Shown: positions 11,101 through 16,454 of the stretch, one piece after another
Layout: the number at the start of each line of letters is the position of its first letter
Position numbering within the stretch: the stretch's first letter is position 1
Source of the DNA: Rotaria sp.
Lineage: Eukaryota
Assembly (NCBI GenBank): GCA_905329745.1
Contig: CAJNSZ010000290.1
Location: 84,842-101,295, forward strand
Direction: 5' to 3'
DNA length: 16,454 bases
The notes under the pieces: model-generated
Databases searched by the model: none
The model's input: only the letters and a program-made list of their open reading frames with translations
Told to the model about the DNA's origin: nothing
Program-made: the position numbers and the translations under genes

Positions 11101-12179
11101 TATATAGATATATGTATACTAAAGGAAATATTTCCGTAGATCTATGTTCACATGATACAGTAGTCACCAAAAGTAACGCTACAGGTGAAAAATTGAAATC
11201 TTAATCGTGTGGGCTGATATTAAACTTGCAGATGGACTTCAGAAAACCCTGATCAAAATGGCCAACAGGAGATAATTTGCTCATACTATAATGAATCTAT
11301 AATGCAAACACGTATTTTCCTTCAAGCAAATGTTTTTGAGTACTGAAAACAGATATTTCAGTCTCCCATCTATCATTCCAGAAAGCAACACTGCCTCGCC
11401 TTTCCATAAAATTTTCATTCTTAACAACTTTGGATTGATTGAGGTATGAAATATTCTTTGAAAATCATCGAAAGGTAGTTGAAAAAAGTCTAACAAATTT
11501 ATTTAAAATTTCATTTTGTTTTCAGTCAATAAGTTTGAAATCCTTACTAGAGAATGCCCTCTACTAAAAAAGTTCTTCCTGAATTTTTACAATTTTTAGC
11601 TGGAGAAAACTAGTGATTCATTTTAAAACCACTATAGATAATGTAGAATCTATTGCATCTCAAATCAACAACAGAATGAAATGACTTTTATTGAGTAATT
11701 ACATATTCATAAAAAGTGCATGTTGGTTCAAAAGGTATCAGTATGGGTTGGGTGTGACTGGCCCCGGATATTGATGGGGATATCGGTCTTGTCCTCAGCA
11801 TAGAGGTGTAATCTTCCACTTACTATTACTGATAATTAGTAAGTGGTATGTGGTGAAGACTGTCACGCACGAATAAATAATTTATAATTAAGATATTCAT
11901 TTATTAGTGCTACAGTGGCAACTTTTTTATGACTACGACACACAAAGTCGTTTGGCACGAAAATTTTATGAAAAAGGGAGCCAATGTTGCTTTCTCTAAT
12001 GATGGGTAGAAAACTAAAATATTTGTTTTCTGTCCTGAGAAACGTTTGCTTGAAAGAAAATGTGTTTTCAATATAGATCCGTTACAGCATGAGTAAATCA
12101 GCTCTTGCTTCGTGTGGGCGTGTCGTTCTAACTCACTTCATGTATGGTGCACTGACACTTGAGCCTCATATTAAATTAA

Positions 12180-12791
12180 TTAATAGAAAAAAAATACCAC
12201 ATTTATTGGAATAGATTTAATAGCTAAATCATAGCGTGCCTTAAATGTTTCAGCACAGTGCCAGTTTTCAGAATTCAATAGGCAATCAAGGTCATCATCA
12301 GATGATAATACAATCTTTCCATGGCCAACATCATCATTATCATGCAGCAAAAACCGACCTCCACCATTAGTTACATTAAGTTCATTAGGAATAAGAATAT
12401 CACTAAAAGATTTTGGTCGTAGTGATGGTAAATATTGTTTTTCTCGTTTTTGTTCAATAGTTCGTTGTGAAGGTGGATAGTTTGAAATAGCTGAACTATC
12501 TTTTTTATTTATTTTTAACAAAGCTGGATGAATACATCGTGGTGGATCCTGTGATGCTTTTGTATCAGAATTGAGATTTGATTTTAATTCCACTGATATT
12601 GTTTCTTAAGAGTTTGCTGCGTGAACATGATTCGTAACTTTAATATATCCTGCACCATCCAAACGTACACGACCAGCAAAGTCATTTCGGCAACAACGCC
12701 AAATATTTTGAGATTTATTTGTACGATGATAACGACAACCACTAAGTAAAAGTTGATTCTTGCTTTTTCGAGGATTTAACAATTGACATTG
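12180..12791 (-). pseudogene. Degenerate FLYWCH zinc-finger / MULE-type transposase-related coding relic
   Basis: The minus-strand frame reads CQLLNPRKSKNQLLLSGCRYHRTNKSQNIWRCCRNDFAGRVRLDGAGYIKVTNHVHAANS*ETISVELKSNLNSD...SQRTIEQKREKQYLPSLRPKSFSDILIPNELNVTNGGGRFLLHDNDDVGHGKIVLSSDDDLDCLLNSENWHCAETFKA. The N-terminal part fits the FLYWCH pattern (LLLxGxRYHR...WRC...GRV...DG.G.I.VT.HVH). The C-terminal part fits the linker plus FLLYD...I.IF......L..S..W..DGTFK block of MULE-related proteins. It has an in-frame TAA at 12606-12608 and no upstream ATG in frame. Confidence 0.7.
12612..12782 (-). other. FLYWCH-type zinc-finger domain remnant
   Basis: LLLSGCRYHRTNKSQNIWRCCRNDFAGRVRLDGAGYIKVTNHVHAAN. 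The WRC and HVH ligand-region motifs are present. The expected second Cys before AGR is Phe (codon TTT at 12678-12680). Confidence 0.7.
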
Positions 12792-15749
12792 TTAATGATA
12801 ATAGAAAAATATACCAACAATTATGAAATCTTTATAATTCAAAGATATATAATTCGAAAAACTTGTTCATTTCTGTAAAGATGATTGACTCAGCCACGAA
12901 AGATGCATCAGCAATTTATCAGATACTATCGAAAGATGTCTCATGCTTCAGCGCACTATTTCAAGTAAATTAAGTGATCCAATATGAATTTCGTGTGTTC
13001 TATATTTAATGCAACAAATTTCAATTTAGATAGCTCATATTTTGTCTGTTTTTTGCATAATTATAGGTACTGATTATGTTTATGCATCAAGCACGATTGC
13101 TGCTACTGATAATGACTACAATGATGTGCCATGATTTCTCCTGTGTAGTTACAAAAAACTGTATACCGTGAGTTTTTCCATGCTGGTACGCAACATCGTT
13201 TCTATTTGGAATTGTCAGGTTGCAAATGCTTATGGAATGGAGAAGTACCATTGTGCTTTCTTTCTTCTGGCTGTCCAACGCTCATGATAACTATCAAAAT
13301 CGACAAGTCTGAAGATGGTGTTTAATAGACTAATCAGAAAGAATGAGAAATTCGGTTTTTCATGCTCTTACCAACGTTATAATGATTTTGTGTCTCATCC
13401 GACTCATCATAACACACGTGAAGTGAAAATTTATTGAGTTAGGTAGAGACAAATGGCGAATCGAAAATGCATACTTTCGAAATGTCTAGTAAAGCTTTTC
13501 TCTAAATCCACACTATAAGCAGTAGCCCTTAAATTTTTTCTCCCCAGCATTATGTTTCTTGTCGAAAGATCTCAACATAGACTTTTTCTCATTGCCGGAA
13601 AGCCGAAAGAGAAACAAGTCTCTTGCTAGTCAGGTCGAACTAATGATACAGAACTTCTTCATCAGCGATTTTCATTCAGAAGTGAATTGTGTAAGTGTAT
13701 TTACCATGAGAATGGTGATCTTCTACTACAAGTAAATCGATTAATTGACCATTCAAACTCACGAAAGCGGTTGTGGACAACTATCTGGTTTTATATCCAT
13801 GAGTATAGATTTCGATATCAAAAATTCACGTTATGAGCCTATTCATTTGACCGGAACGTTTCGTGCTCTTTTACATGAAATCGACAATCTTTGGCTAGCT
13901 TTATTTCTCATAGCTATTATCCTGGTCGATAGCGGGATTATATTGCACACATGATGGATTTCGTCGATAACTTCTCTTTAATTATACAAAGAGAAATATG
14001 ATCGGCGTGTTACTCGCACTAACAAGCAACCGTTCTCGCACTATACATAAAAATAGGAGAAGAACATAGCACGCGATATAAATATCATGATTGAATTTAT
14101 CTGATAAGGATACAATAATACCTCCAATATCGACCACATCAGTGATGGTGTAGCTTCGCATTTTAAAAGTGAGGATTGAGCACTGAAATTAAATATCCGA
14201 ATGAGGCGCTTTTGCATATATGTATCATATGTTTAGCTCAACTGCTCATGAGAGCTTTGATCAAGTCCACAGCAATAAATTATCTGTTAAAAGGGGGACT
14301 ACAAGCTGCTTTTTCATCATCTAGAGAATTTAGCGAAAGATGCTTGCAAGGTCTGCACGTAGCGAAATTTCACTCTCAAAACCAACTTATCTCCCAGAAG
14401 CGAATCTTTCTAGCGATGCTATCAGTGACGGATTTCAACGTAATCTAAAACCGCCTTGAAACATTACGTACTACTGTACTTCGTGATTGGATGTAGCTAT
14501 TATCCATGCTTTCAAAGTTCAAGCAATACCGCCGTCGCTCGATTCAATATATTAGGAAATTTATCGTCGTTTAGCTCATATAGTGCCGTTTGATTGAACT
14601 GCTTGCATCTTTTACTTCCTGCTACTACCTATAATCAATTAAAATTTCCATGGCCATGCAGTCTAAACGTTTCAATAGAAAAGTTTCGAACACAATTGAT
14701 CGACAATCCAGCGCTGCTCCCGAATAGAACCATTCGTGTCACTCCACAACAATTTTTAGATATGCAATAGATTCGTAAAGCTGAATAAAGCATTTTCGTT
14801 AACACCAAATTCTAGGGATAATTTCCGAATATCAAAACTACCTATCGACTTCAAACATGTGCAAACAAGCATTTTAAAAAACATATGTATCAGCACAGTC
14901 CTAAAGAATAATTCCTGTTGATTACCTCCATTCTTCAAGAATTCATCAGAAGAGATAATAGCATCTGGCATCTAATCAAAGGTTGGTATGGTGTCTGCAA
15001 GTAAAATCAACATCGTTGCTTTGATGTCCATCCAGTCTGAATCAAAATTTATAAAATTTAGCATAAGAATGATCAGGAAAACTACCTCTATCATTTTTGA
15101 AAGTATAGACTTGTGAAAATTATGGCTCTGACAACCCACACGAAAGTTGAGAGAATCGGGATAGTTATCGATATAGACCTGACTTATTGTAAGACATTGT
15201 TTAAATCGTGAATTTTTCATCGAATTTGGCTGAGACTGACGGATACATCCAGAAGAGCTATCGAAAATCAAATCAAGCATTACAGTATTCCTGAAGATAA
15301 ACTGTTTCTTCTACTTGGGTCATAATAATCTACCGAATATGTATCGATCCTGCTTCAGATTGCCCTAGAAATACTCGTGTTCATTAATTAACAGTAAAAC
15401 TATATTATTCGAATTTCCCTTATTTCTTTTTTAGAATCGCTCGCGCGTTTCCGTTATTCAAAGTCAAGGCTTATCTGAAGATGTCACTTCGGTTGTGGTT
15501 TCTTTTCGACAGACCAGTTTCTGTTCGAACTATGATGTTAGTTTTTCTTTTGCTTTCGCTAACGAGTCTGCTTTAGATTATTTGTTGTGTTTGAATACTG
15601 ACTTTGGTATGGAAACTAAATTTATACATCATGTTATCTCTTATTTGATAACCTAATTGAATAGCACCAGCAAAAGAAGTTCTACGTTGAATTTGCATTA
15701 TTTTATTCACAAGAGAACCACTCTAACGAGAGGGGGGAAATATACCGTC

Positions 15750-16265
15750 GCCAATCTTCCTTTTCGCCAATTGTATTTTTCGCCAACTGGTGAATATCAA
15801 CTAGCTTTTCGCCAATTGACGAATTTCGTGGGGAATTTCACCAATCGGCGAATACACTATGGCGAAACAAAAAGTTTATTGGCGAATTTCACACTAGAAA
15901 TTCACCAAATTAGCGAATTTCACACTAGGAATTCACCAAATTGGCGAATTTCATACTAGAAATTCGCCAATTGACGAATATACTAAGCCCAAAATAAATA
16001 TTTATTGACGCATTGCACACTAGAGATTCGCCAATTGGCGAATACACCATGACGAAACAAAAGTTTATTGGCGAATTTCACACTAGAGATTCGCCAAATT
16101 GGCGAATTTCTCCATGACGTTCGCAAATTGGCGAATATACTAAGGCAAAAGCAAATATTTATTATCGAATTTCATACTAGAGATTCGCCAATTGGCGAAT
16201 TTCGTGGGGAATTTCGCCAATGGCGAATATACCATTGGCGAAACTCCAGATTGGCGAACTTACAG
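15750..16265. repeat. Clustered palindromic repeat array (core ATTCGCCAATTGGCGAAT and variants) within a composite repeat
   Basis: Palindromic or near-palindromic cores at 15808-15823, 15837-15852, 15901-15917, 15932-15948, 15963-15978, 16026-16043 (perfect), 16089-16107 (perfect arms around one central base), 16120-16135, 16183-16200 (perfect), 16213-16227, plus half-sites at 15763-15770 and 15779-15786. Most are linked by TTTCA(C/T)ACTAGA(A/G) or similar spacers. Confidence 0.9.
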
Positions 16266-16454
16266 AGAGCCACGAGAGGGCACCTGAGGTGATACCTTCC
16301 GTTTTAATTCATTTATATCTCATGTGATCTAGTATTTTGAGTTAATAAGAAGCCGAAATGGATTTCTCCACATTGCTCTTTATTCCAAAGTTATGATCGT
16401 TTTACTGAATTTCAAGCCATCTCTATATATTTAACAGTAAAACTAAGCTATGAA

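Noticed and set aside
14972-15280. 102-aa minus-strand ORF
   Set aside because: No motif or domain recognised; length is compatible with chance in a 16-kb six-frame scan.
15657-15959. 100-aa plus-strand ORF
   Set aside because: Much of it is a translation of the palindromic repeat array (FSPTGEYQLAFRQLTN...), with no domain resemblance.
15750-16265. CRISPR array
   Set aside because: Repeats are palindromic but spacing is irregular, spacers are themselves repeated, and there are no cas genes in what looks like eukaryotic DNA. It fits a satellite or composite repeat instead.
16068-16292. 74-aa plus-strand ORF
   Set aside because: Translation of the same repeat array (MANFTLEIRQIG...).

Overview
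The window is AT-rich eukaryotic-looking DNA that is mostly gene-poor. None of the supplied six-frame ORFs is convincing as an intact gene. Most are short, many rely on non-ATG starts, and several fall inside repeats. I can support these items. (1) A ~510-bp foldback-like element (1241-1750): inverted arms built of 7-bp TTTCAAC/TTTCAAG units enclose three GC-richer 70-bp tandem units. Diverged relatives of the 70-bp unit lie near 8046-8174 without the arms. (2) A second, unrelated ~470-bp long-inverted-repeat element (about 5901-6368), with a partial extra copy of the arm in its loop. (3) A dense cluster (about 15750-16265) of palindromic cores of the type ATTCGCCAATTGGCGAAT, set in a composite repeat. 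(4) A degenerate minus-strand relic (12180-12791) that reads as a FLYWCH-type zinc-finger domain followed by the linker and start of a MULE-type transposase. It has an in-frame stop, a lost zinc-ligand Cys, and a lost catalytic-type Asp in the 'DGTFK'-like motif. The rest appears to be unannotatable intergenic or intronic sequence. No tRNA, rRNA, CRISPR or operon-like system is supported. All similarities were judged by eye.
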